A stretch of 40,522 bases of DNA from a virus, in IMG/VR virus record IMGVR_UViG_3300048790_000037, positions 1-40,522 of that record, one strand, 5' to 3'. A program made the position numbers and the translations under genes. The notes beneath the pieces are model-generated. The model ran no database searches. It was not told the DNA's origin and was given only the letters and a program-made list of their open reading frames with translations. Position 1 is the first letter of the stretch, and the number at the start of each line of letters is the position of its first letter. This document shows positions 25,743-33,648 of this stretch, in pieces.

Positions 25743-26057
25743 TCATTTCTTCCCCTTTCTTTCGAGTTCGGGTATGAATCTCTTAAGATCCGCAATGTCG
25801 TCTTGGCAGTCTTTAATTAGCTTATCTGTGTCTCGCTGAAAGCTCATGAAGGCCATGACAAGCTTATCAATACGCTCTCCCTGCTTATCTATCCTCGCAC
25901 ATGCATCTTTTACATCTACGTGAATAGATGACACCTCGGTGTGTATCGCAGTTACCTCAGCGCTTAGCCTGGTGATGAGCCATAAGATAGATCCTCCCGT
26001 CGCAGCCACGGCTAAGAAGACCGAAATACAAAGCCCTATAATTTCATACCATTCCAT
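25743..26057 (-). CDS. N-terminally anchored membrane protein with coiled coil (holin/spanin/XhlA-like candidate)
   Basis: GGAGGAG SD. A TM helix IIGLCISVFLAVAATGGSILWLI is followed by heptad-like EVTAIHTEVSSIHVDVKDACARIDKQGERIDKL. Confidence 0.55.
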   Translation of the reverse strand: MEWYEIIGLCISVFLAVAATGGSILWLITRLSAEVTAIHTEVSSIHVDVKDACARIDKQGERIDKLVMAFMSFQRDTDKLIKDCQDDIADLKRFIPELERKGKK

Positions 26058-26157
26058 TACTTGTTATTCTCCTCCGCCTGCGCCAATTCGGCAGGCACAA
26101 TGTTTTTCATCACCAATCTGAGCGTCTCAGTATAGCATATGTCCCCCTTAAGCCCAA

Positions 26158-26176
26158 GTAAACATTAACCTTTAAC
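26158..26176 (+). promoter_or_regulatory. Conserved 19-nt motif copy 3 (GTAAACATTAACCTTTAAC)
   Basis: Lies 56 nt upstream of the fibre operon. A weak CTGACC-17-TATAGC promoter-like element follows at 26185..26213. Confidence 0.6.
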
Positions 26177-26231
26177 ATTAGGCTCTGACCATTTAAAATT
26201 ATGTTTATATAGCAAAGTCCAGGAGACTCCC

Positions 26232-26921
26232 ATGCCAACACTAGCCCCAGTAGTCACGCCATATTACGGCGGAGGTCAAGTCATCAACCCAGCAGACGTT
26301 ATATCAACATCCGGCGCTCCAAGCACTGCCAATATACAGCATCGCCTAGGCACGCTAGCTGTAGATAACACCGCTGCTACGATATACGGGTTAGCATCTA
26401 AGTCGGCAGGAATAGCTACCTGGATTGTTCTAGGCGGCGCAACAGGCGCCGTAGCTACGATTAACAGCCTGAGTCCCACAGCAGGTAATATCGTCATCGC
26501 GGGGACGGCTGGACAGGTCACAGCAACATCGGCAGGCAGTACGGTAACATTAAGCACACCAGCGGCTTTCGTTGCGCCGGGGTCCGTTGCAACTAACGGT
26601 AATCTCATTCTAGGTGTTGCCGGAAATAAGATCATATCTACAAGCGTTGCTACTACAACTGCTGCCGGAGCTAACTCATTCGGCACGGTAACTCTGTCAT
26701 TGGGAACCGCGACCGTAGCTACTACAGCAGTCACAGCTAACTCCATCATCATGCTTACACGAATGTCACCCGGCGCTACCGGAGCAGCTCCACTAGGCAT
26801 GTTATCTATCGGGACAATCACCGCCGGGACTAGCTTCGTCATCAACGCCCTCACCACGGCTAACTCCACCACTAACGTCACCTCTGATCTCTCTTCAGTG
26901 GGTTGGATAATCATCAACTAA
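26232..26921 (+). CDS. Tail fibre-like protein
   Basis: AGGAG SD. 229 aa with A/T/G/V/S-rich beta-type composition. Confidence 0.55.
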   Translation: MPTLAPVVTPYYGGGQVINPADVISTSGAPSTANIQHRLGTLAVDNTAATIYGLASKSAGIATWIVLGGATGAVATINSLSPTAGNIVIAGTAGQVTATSAGSTVTLSTPAAFVAPGSVATNGNLILGVAGNKIISTSVATTTAAGANSFGTVTLSLGTATVATTAVTANSIIMLTRMSPGATGAAPLGMLSIGTITAGTSFVINALTTANSTTNVTSDLSSVGWIIIN

Positions 26922-26929
26922 GGTAGTCC

Positions 26930-27280
26930 ATGACTCAAAGTAACCTGCCTAACCAGGGCCAATCTGTCTGGGATACGGAGTTACGTATCGCTGCATCGAC
27001 GTTCACAGGATCATCCCAGACGATAGGCACACTGACTAATGTGCCGGTCATCATGATAATCACGAATGACACTAATCAGACCGTCTTCTTTGCTGATAAC
27101 ACGGGAAGCACTAAGGGCAAGACCATGATAGCCGGGGAAAGATTCGTCTTGGACTTCAGGGCTAATAACGGCCTGTCTGCCGCTTTCGCTTTTCCAATCG
27201 GAACCATCTTCTACGCTACAGGCGCGGCAGGTGTCGGTAACACAGGCAGTTTTTACGTGAGTGTGATCTACGCCCAATGA
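26930..27280 (+). CDS. Hypothetical fibre-module protein
   Basis: 116-aa ORF between two fibre genes. Confidence 0.5.
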   Translation: MTQSNLPNQGQSVWDTELRIAASTFTGSSQTIGTLTNVPVIMIITNDTNQTVFFADNTGSTKGKTMIAGERFVLDFRANNGLSAAFAFPIGTIFYATGAAGVGNTGSFYVSVIYAQ

Positions 27281-28533
27281 GTCAAATCTATGTAAATACT
27301 TCCTCTGGCCTCGTCGGATCGGTTAATGGCCTAATAGGCAATGATGCCGTCTCCGTGGGACCTAACGGCGCTGGGTTTATCAACCTGGTAGGTACAGGCC
27401 CCGTCCTCGTCACCGGAAACGCCGGGACGAACACAGAGACGATATCCGTCGGGTTGGCTACAACTGCTGTTGTAGGCGTAGCTAGCTTTAATCCCGCTGA
27501 TTTTACGGTAGTTTCGGGGGCGGTATCTACCATTGGACTACCTATTGCTTCGCTAGTAGGAACTAATGGAGTTGCGGTTACCAATGTCGGAAACGCCTAC
27601 ACTGTTTCCGGGATTAATGCTACTACCACCACTGTGGGTGTCGCTAGCTTCAACTCCACAGAATTCACTGTTGATGGTTCCGGACGAGTTTCATTAATAG
27701 GCGGAGGCGCACCCGGGACAGTCACGTCAGTGTCTGTTGTTACTGCTAATGGACTAGCCGGAACGGTTGCGACTGCTACGACAACGCCAGCTATCACCCT
27801 TTCAACGACTCAGACAGGCCTACTATCCGGTAACGGAACAGCGATCACAGGCACACCAATAACGCAGTATAACGTCATCACAGGCGCAGCTGCCAATGTT
27901 CCTAACTCTGTGGCTCCATCAGCAGCTAGTGGTATTCCGCTCATTTCACTGGGATCAGCTACCCAGCCCGCCTTCGGAACGGCAGTTGTTGCCGGGGGAG
28001 GCACCGGGTCTACGACGTTTAATACAAACGGCGTTGTCATCAGTGGCACATCTACTACCTCTCCTTTGGCTTCACTGTCTCTAACATCCGGTCAGCTAAT
28101 CATTGGCGGTACGGGAGCACCAGCAGCAGGCACGCTAACGGCCGGTCCGGGCGTATCCATCACTAACGGAAACAATTCCATCACGATTTCTACTACTACG
28201 GGCGGGATAGCATGGGTAGATGTAACGACAGCCACACAAGCACTTTCGGTCTCCACAGGATACGTCACTGATCACGTAAACGTCACCTATACACTTCCTT
28301 CCACAGCTGTTCTCGGTGACCTAATTGAGATTGTCGGAAAGCTCGGTATCACAACGATAGCCCAGAACGCCTCCCAGCAGATCCTCATGGGGTCCGGTTC
28401 ATCTACGGTTGGTATCACAGGGTCTGTAGCAGGAACTAACGTAGGTGATTGCATCATGCTTAGGTGCATCACGGCAGGTTCTAGCACGGTCTGGCGGGCG
28501 CAAAATTGGGTAGGCAACTGGACAATAACCTAG
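27277..28533 (+). CDS. Tail fibre protein
   Basis: 418 aa with an ATGA overlap. Repeated VGVASFN..(D/E)FTV..G.VS.IG units. Confidence 0.65.
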   Translation: MSQIYVNTSSGLVGSVNGLIGNDAVSVGPNGAGFINLVGTGPVLVTGNAGTNTETISVGLATTAVVGVASFNPADFTVVSGAVSTIGLPIASLVGTNGVAVTNVGNAYTVSGINATTTTVGVASFNSTEFTVDGSGRVSLIGGGAPGTVTSVSVVTANGLAGTVATATTTPAITLSTTQTGLLSGNGTAITGTPITQYNVITGAAANVPNSVAPSAASGIPLISLGSATQPAFGTAVVAGGGTGSTTFNTNGVVISGTSTTSPLASLSLTSGQLIIGGTGAPAAGTLTAGPGVSITNGNNSITISTTTGGIAWVDVTTATQALSVSTGYVTDHVNVTYTLPSTAVLGDLIEIVGKLGITTIAQNASQQILMGSGSSTVGITGSVAGTNVGDCIMLRCITAGSSTVWRAQNWVGNWTIT

Positions 28534-28540
28534 GGATTGA

Positions 28541-29854
28541 ATGACTCAGCAACTATCGACAAACACGTTCACCGTAGCTAAATGGGTCGTCAGCGCTGAC
28601 CCGACTCAAGGCACTCACACGACGATAGCCGCGGCGTTAACGTCTGCCTCTTCCGGCGATACAATCATGATACGCGACGGGACTTATACAGAAAATCCCA
28701 CGCTTAAAGCAGGTGTTGACCTGGTTGCATTTACGGCAGACGCCCAGACGGCTAACGTAATCATTAACGGCACTATCACGGCAAGCTATGCTGGAACTGC
28801 TGCGATTACCGGATGCCAGCTTAAGACTAATGCGGCTAACGCTATTGCAGCGTCCGGAAGCAACGCAACTATCCTGTACATCAACCAATGCGACATACAA
28901 GCCACCGGAAGTAGCACAGCAATATCGAATTCGGCATCAAACGCCGGATCTTTGCTTGTGTTTAACGAATGTACAGGAAATACGGCGTCTACATCTAATT
29001 TTTATGCTAATAGCGGCACCGGGATCATAGAGTTTGTTTCGTGCTATCTGACAAACAGCGGAAATTCGACTACAGCTAACACTTCTTCCGCCGGAACCAT
29101 CACAATGACAGGTTCTAGATTTTTTTATACATTTAGCACGTCGGGATCTGCGGCTGTTACCGCGATTGGATGCAATTTTGATTCTTCAGTTTTAAACGCG
29201 ATTACATGGACATGCAACGCCACCACAGGCAATGCAGTCTTCAATCAGTGTGCCGTTACCTCTGGATCTGCCGAGTGCGCTACCGTGGGCGCTGGCGCCC
29301 TAATGCAATTTGTCGAATGTTACATAAACAGTTCAGGCACCAACGCTTTTACGGGTGCGGGGACTATTCAATATGCTCTTAATGTGTATCTCAGCGGAAA
29401 AGTCATAACAACGACAACAAAAATCGTTCTTGCCAGCGATGTGTTGCCAATAAATTTATCGACATATCTGCCCGCCTTAGCGTTCGGCGGCAGTTCCACG
29501 GGTATCACCTATACTACTCAGCAGGGTGAGTATTATCGTGTTGGTAAGTTAGTTTTTTACTCCATATACCTGCTTATTTTGTCAAAGGGAGCTCAGACGG
29601 GGGCTGCCACAATCACACTGCCAACGACCGCGGGTGCTAACGCGACCGATTTCGTAGCATCTTCTCTCGTCCTAGGAAATGCCATCAACGCTTATCCCAC
29701 TGGTACTACTCAAGCAATTGCCTATGTAGCCCCCAATGCGACGGTACTGACACTACAAGCTCAAGGAACCTCTGTTGTCAACACTGCTATCACGAATACG
29801 ACTATTAGTAACTCGACGATCATTCAGGTGTCCGGTTTCTACATTTCCACTTAA
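28541..29854 (+). CDS. Tailspike-like protein with a right-handed beta-helix (pectate-lyase-type) N-terminal signature
   Basis: HTTIAAALTSASSGDTIMIRDGTYTENPTLKAGVDLVAF is the usual start of beta-helix domains. Repetitive N/T/S/A/G-rich turns follow. Confidence 0.6.
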   Translation: MTQQLSTNTFTVAKWVVSADPTQGTHTTIAAALTSASSGDTIMIRDGTYTENPTLKAGVDLVAFTADAQTANVIINGTITASYAGTAAITGCQLKTNAANAIAASGSNATILYINQCDIQATGSSTAISNSASNAGSLLVFNECTGNTASTSNFYANSGTGIIEFVSCYLTNSGNSTTANTSSAGTITMTGSRFFYTFSTSGSAAVTAIGCNFDSSVLNAITWTCNATTGNAVFNQCAVTSGSAECATVGAGALMQFVECYINSSGTNAFTGAGTIQYALNVYLSGKVITTTTKIVLASDVLPINLSTYLPALAFGGSSTGITYTTQQGEYYRVGKLVFYSIYLLILSKGAQTGAATITLPTTAGANATDFVASSLVLGNAINAYPTGTTQAIAYVAPNATVLTLQAQGTSVVNTAITNTTISNSTIIQVSGFYIST

Positions 29855-29877
29855 ATATATCAACAAGGAGAAAACAC

Positions 29878-30537
29878 ATGTGTAAAGATGATAACAAAGA
29901 TTGCTGCTGCATTCAGGGTCCTCAAGGCGTACCAGGATTGCAAGGAGCGCAAGGTATCCAAGGCGTACCAGGAGCGCAAGGTGCCACTGGCCCTCAAGGC
30001 GTACAAGGCGTACAAGGCTTGCAAGGACCTGCCGGCTCAGGTTCGGGGTCCGGAGCCTGCGAAAGATACGCTAACGTCTATGCAACCGTTGCTCAAGTGA
30101 TCGGCGCATATAGCACACCAACAGACACTGTCCTCTTGGATGCTATGAATGCAGTATCGGTAGGCGACTTTGACCTGACACAAGCAAACGTCACCGGCGA
30201 TATTAAATTCCTGAACCATGGTATTTATCATATTCAATGGCAACTGCAAGCTCGTATTACAGCCCCAGTACCTAACCCTGTTCCTTCATGGTCTTTCGGC
30301 TTCTGGTTGAACGGCGTTCTTGTGCCTGGGTCTATCTACAGCGGCTTTACTCAAGCGCCTGGAGACGATGCTTGCCACAGCACAGGCGACATTATCATCG
30401 AGGTTAAAGCAGGTGATTTACTACGACTACGCAACACAAGCGTAAGCAGTGTAAACCTGAATCCTAATGTAACCGGGTCAGTATTCCCGATCACAATTGC
30501 CAGCGTTAACATCGAATGTCTTGAGGCGCTAGCCTAG
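29878..30537 (+). CDS. Collagen-like (G-X-Y)n protein with BclA/C1q-like C-terminal domain
   Basis: AAGGAG SD. Cys-rich N-terminus (CKDDNKDCCC) and about 14 G-X-Y triplets (GPQGVPGLQGAQGIQGVPG...). These are followed by a roughly 160-aa beta-rich domain. Confidence 0.75.
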   Translation: MCKDDNKDCCCIQGPQGVPGLQGAQGIQGVPGAQGATGPQGVQGVQGLQGPAGSGSGSGACERYANVYATVAQVIGAYSTPTDTVLLDAMNAVSVGDFDLTQANVTGDIKFLNHGIYHIQWQLQARITAPVPNPVPSWSFGFWLNGVLVPGSIYSGFTQAPGDDACHSTGDIIIEVKAGDLLRLRNTSVSSVNLNPNVTGSVFPITIASVNIECLEALA

Positions 30538-30554
30538 TTTCCAGTAAGCAACGC

Positions 30555-30592
30555 AACCAGGTCGGGACTGTATTTTCTGACCTGGTTTTATT
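30555..30592 (+). terminator. Intrinsic terminator ending the late operon
   Basis: AACCAGGTC (30555..30563) pairs with GACCTGGTT (30579..30587), followed by TTATT. It also lies directly 3' of the convergent gene 30588..30872. Confidence 0.75.
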
Positions 30593-30872
30593 CATCCGGC
30601 GGTTTTTCATTTTTGAAAGTCCGCATCAAGCAATAACTTTCGTATGTTCTGTTATCCAAAATACCTCTTTCTTGATATAGGACTAAAATTTCTTTATAGG
30701 CATCTTTGCGTCCTGATACATAATCACTATTGGGCCAGGTATCATCGATCTGATACACCTCCCGAAAGCAATGGACAAAGATGTTCTGCTCTAGAGACAG
30801 CTGAGGATAAACCTGTATTTCTGCCGACAAAATCAAGGGTATCCCTAGTAAGAAGATCAAAGCTTGAATCAT
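30588..30872 (-). CDS. Small secreted/exported protein (moron-like)
   Basis: GAGGTG SD. Signal-peptide-like MIQALIFLLGIPLILSAEIQ. It has its own promoter upstream. Confidence 0.55.
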   Translation of the reverse strand: MIQALIFLLGIPLILSAEIQVYPQLSLEQNIFVHCFREVYQIDDTWPNSDYVSGRKDAYKEILVLYQERGILDNRTYESYCLMRTFKNEKPPDE

Positions 30873-30915
30873 AAATCACCTCATTGGGGGTTATATGCAT
30901 GCTGCCGCTCACGAA

Positions 30916-30944
30916 GATATACCGCCTTCCAACAATCAAGTCAA
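30916..30944 (-). promoter_or_regulatory. Sigma70-like promoter for 30588..30872
   Basis: On the minus strand: TTGACT (30944..30939), 17-nt spacer, TATATC (30921..30916). Confidence 0.5.
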
Positions 30945-31124
30945 TCTTGTCTTAACGATTACCTTCCTCGCTTCCCTGTACTTCTACTGGCCTAAATAGT
31001 CAAACCATCGGGAATCCCCCTAATTTGATGCTGGCTGCGATTTTATTTCGAGTGTCGAAATATACGTTTTGTTTACGCAAATCGATTCTAGCTATGTTTC
31101 TGTGCGTTTTAGAGGCATTCCTGA

Positions 31125-31310
31125 TCATAGGGTGAAACCTATCGTTCGCCAGCCTCTACTTGCCACTTTTGGCTGTTTTCTTTTCGTCTCAAGCCACTTC
31201 TCATGAGCGCATGACCTGCAATAGGTCGCTTTGGGAGTGAATTCAATGCACGCTACTTTCTCGTGCCCGCACTTAGGGCAAGTTTTCTTGAGCAAGTCAA
31301 ATTCCCTCAT
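31125..31310 (-). CDS. Zinc-ribbon small protein
   Basis: CPKCGHEK...CRSCAHEK. It overlaps the upstream gene by 14 nt. Confidence 0.5.
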   Translation of the reverse strand: MREFDLLKKTCPKCGHEKVACIEFTPKATYCRSCAHEKWLETKRKQPKVASRGWRTIGFTL

Positions 31311-32202
31311 GAGACAGCCCCAGCTTGGTCAATTCTTGAATCAGTTTCTCACGGAAACTTGGCTCTGAGAGTTTGATGCTCTTGCAATAAGCTCCTCTAC
31401 TGAACTCGATGTAGTCATGCCCGTATACGATGCCTTTGTGCTTAGGGTATTTCTGCTTTACAGCGTCTAGGGTAGCTTTCGCTTGGTTGGCCTTGGTCTT
31501 AGTCTTGCTCTGGCCTTTCTTGTCATCATCCATTAGCCACCTGCGTATGACCGCTGCATGGCAGGCATAGCGTTTGAACTTGGCGGGCTCTGAATCGCCG
31601 TAAAGATCCAGGCGAATGACCATGTCGAGCACGCGTTCCCTACCGTAATCCTGCACGAGGAGGTTGAAAGCCTCCACCAGCATTTTTACCTTGTTGAGTG
31701 AGAAAAAAGAATCGGGGGGCGGGGGAGGCGGAGCCGGGGGCTTGCCCCCCTCTTTCTTCTTTTTATATACCTTAGGTATCTTAGGTATATGTGTATTTAG
31801 TATGGGCGGATTTACGAGATCTCGTAAACCCGTTCGTCGAAAACATTTTTTTAATTCTTCGATGTAAGGCCCTCTTTCTTCGGGACTTAAGGGAATTTCA
31901 AGGAAAATGTATTCAAACACCTTTCCCCTCAAGTTTCCACGTCCCCCTTTATGGTCCGTGACGTCCAACCGCACGACATAACCCGCCTTTATCAGCTCGT
32001 TTATTTTTGAATAAATAGCGTCTTTGCCTTCCATGCATTTGGCCGCAAGCTCCTTAACTCTGAAGGTCCAATTGTCTGGCCTAGACATGCATCTTGCCCA
32101 AAGTCCCACAGCTCCAAGACTTAGTCCAGGATTCCACAGCGCTTCTTTGTTCAACTGGACGTAGGGATTTTCTCTGTTGTGAAGTACTCGGATGATGCTC
32201 AT
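31297..32202 (-). CDS. Putative replication initiation/replisome-organizer protein (winged-helix N-terminal domain)
   Basis: The N-terminus LSLGAVGLWARCMSRPDNWTFRVKELAAKCMEGKDAIYSKINELIKAGYVVR resembles DnaD/replisome-organizer wHTH domains. A PPAPPPPPP linker is present. The gene sits in the early operon. Confidence 0.5.
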   Translation of the reverse strand: MSIIRVLHNRENPYVQLNKEALWNPGLSLGAVGLWARCMSRPDNWTFRVKELAAKCMEGKDAIYSKINELIKAGYVVRLDVTDHKGGRGNLRGKVFEYIFLEIPLSPEERGPYIEELKKCFRRTGLRDLVNPPILNTHIPKIPKVYKKKKEGGKPPAPPPPPPDSFFSLNKVKMLVEAFNLLVQDYGRERVLDMVIRLDLYGDSEPAKFKRYACHAAVIRRWLMDDDKKGQSKTKTKANQAKATLDAVKQKYPKHKGIVYGHDYIEFSRGAYCKSIKLSEPSFREKLIQELTKLGLSHEGI

Positions 32203-32373
32203 GAAGATTAACTCCTCTGGTTAGCTGTTAGGTAAGAGAATTTTTTTTTCGATTAATTTCGGCCCAAGGCTTGCTTTTAATCGATACCCATGCTAACTTA
32301 GGATTCTCTTAAGACCTAAGTGAGTTTTTGTTTGGTGATTAAACCGCGTCAAGCACGGTCAATCCCCCAAACG

Positions 32374-32411
32374 TTCCGGCTCCTGTTTAGCATGGGTGCC
32401 GGAATTTTTTT
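32374..32411 (+). terminator. Plus-oriented intrinsic terminator inside the leftward region
   Basis: TTCCGGC (32374..32380) pairs with GCCGGAA (32398..32404), followed by T7. Confidence 0.6.
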
Positions 32412-32453
32412 ACCATGCCGACTATTTCTTTTTCATTAAGAATCTACTATCGC

Positions 32454-32483
32454 TTGCAGAAAAAAGCGGGCCGGGAATATATT
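32454..32483 (+). promoter_or_regulatory. Sigma70-like promoter for the counter-oriented ORF 32507..32935
   Basis: TTGCAG (32454..32459), 18-nt spacer, TATATT (32478..32483). Confidence 0.45.
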
Positions 32484-32506
32484 CGGCTCTCAAAACGGGG
32501 GTTTTC

Positions 32507-32935
32507 ATGTGTCAGATACGCAATATTCTCAGTCTATCGAACGTTCACGAGAGGATGGGTATTCACCGGGTCAATACCCGCAAGTATACCGCTTTGATCA
32601 ACTATACGCAAGCCGCCGGGACCTACTGGAGAGAACGAAGCTACCTGGAGCTTTTAGGTAAGTGCATAGATAATGGGTTTCTCACTCAGAAAGGTTCGGA
32701 ATTTCTTCAGGAGCTAATAGAAACAAAGAAACTCGATTATCTTACCTGGAGCTTCAAAACGCCTTGGGTGCGCAAGAAAATTGCGTTGGGTGCTTGTGAA
32801 TCTGCTGCATCATGTTCCGACCATCCAACGCTTTTCGATTATGGCAAGTTGGATATGCCGTCACTTCCGGCGATTGAAATGCCTTTGCATATGCTAGCAA
32901 AAACCCCAAGCCAGTCAAGGCTCAGGGCAACTTAA
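32507..32935 (+). CDS. Counter-oriented hypothetical protein (possible winged-helix regulator)
   Basis: It is the only long ORF on either strand in a 768-nt gap of the leftward operon. ATG 32507 is internal to ORF 32396..32935. LELLGKCIDNGFLTQKGSEFLQELIE is wHTH-like, but only weakly. Confidence 0.35.
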   Translation: MCQIRNILSLSNVHERMGIHRVNTRKYTALINYTQAAGTYWRERSYLELLGKCIDNGFLTQKGSEFLQELIETKKLDYLTWSFKTPWVRKKIALGACESAASCSDHPTLFDYGKLDMPSLPAIEMPLHMLAKTPSQSRLRAT

Positions 32936-32970
32936 GGATCACATGGAATTTGTTGCCTAGGCTTCAAGGG

Positions 32971-33648
32971 TCAAGCAACTACTGCCTCAGCGGCTTGTTG
33001 CTTGCCTGCGTAGTCTAGGTATTTGCCTTTAAGGTCGGCGTAAGTGTTATTGTCTTTAAGGGCATATTTGGCTACCCCCTCCATATCCCACTTACCTTTA
33101 GACTGGTTGGCAATGTCAAAGATATATTCGCGTAGCAGGCCAGTGTCTACCTGATCCGCCTTTAGCATAATCTCTAAAGTTTGGATATTCTGCGGGTTAA
33201 CCTTCGGCTTGGCTGGTGGCCTAGGCTGCGGATGGCCATTAAACACATTCTTAGGGGGCATGGCTGCGTTTCCATCGTCGTCTTCATCGGGACACACGCC
33301 AACGAGACTCGCTAAGCTATACCGCCTTGCATAAGTGATAGCGCTGCCCATAGCCTGGCAAGATTCGTCCTTGCTGAGAATAGGCGTGTAGCTGCGCATC
33401 CACTGGCCGCTCGAATGAGCTAGCGTGGTAGCCAGCATAAGCTTGCCTTCCATTACGCACGTGGCCTGAATAACTGCTAGGCTATGTTTAGCTAGTGCGG
33501 GCCTGCACGCTTCCCATACGCTGGTCAAGTCAGCGTATTTCGATTTGAAATAGGGGTTTTCGCTGTCCTTGATAGCTGGCTGCATTTCGCCTTGAGCCTT
33601 AGACAATGCCGTGATCAACTCTTGGATATTTTCGCTTTGTAGATTCAT
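32971..33648 (-). CDS. erf: ERF-family single-strand annealing protein
   Basis: LITALSKAQGEMQPAIKDSENPYFKSKYADLTSVWEACRPALAKHSLAV...AITYARRYSLASLVGV is the ERF superfamily signature. Confidence 0.85.
   Translation of the reverse strand: MNLQSENIQELITALSKAQGEMQPAIKDSENPYFKSKYADLTSVWEACRPALAKHSLAVIQATCVMEGKLMLATTLAHSSGQWMRSYTPILSKDESCQAMGSAITYARRYSLASLVGVCPDEDDDGNAAMPPKNVFNGHPQPRPPAKPKVNPQNIQTLEIMLKADQVDTGLLREYIFDIANQSKGKWDMEGVAKYALKDNNTYADLKGKYLDYAGKQQAAEAVVA

Noticed and set aside
26276-26917. A 213-aa ORF on the minus strand, almost fully antisense to fibre gene 26232..26921. Similar antisense ORFs occur across 27288..28517.
   Set aside because: The plus-strand genes have SD sequences, start/stop coupling and fibre-like repeats. 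Their Ala/Thr/Gly/Val-rich codons naturally keep the antisense frame free of stops. The antisense ORFs have no RBS and no operon context.
26232-30537. A diversity-generating retroelement or hypervariable cassette in the repetitive fibre genes.
   Set aside because: No reverse transcriptase ORF occurs anywhere in the genome, and I found no template/variable repeat pair. The repeats are in-frame protein repeats.
31714-31740. A G-quadruplex motif in the G-rich tract of the initiator gene.
   Set aside because: There are only three clean runs of at least 3 G with suitable loops. The tract is explained by the poly-proline linker codons on the coding strand.
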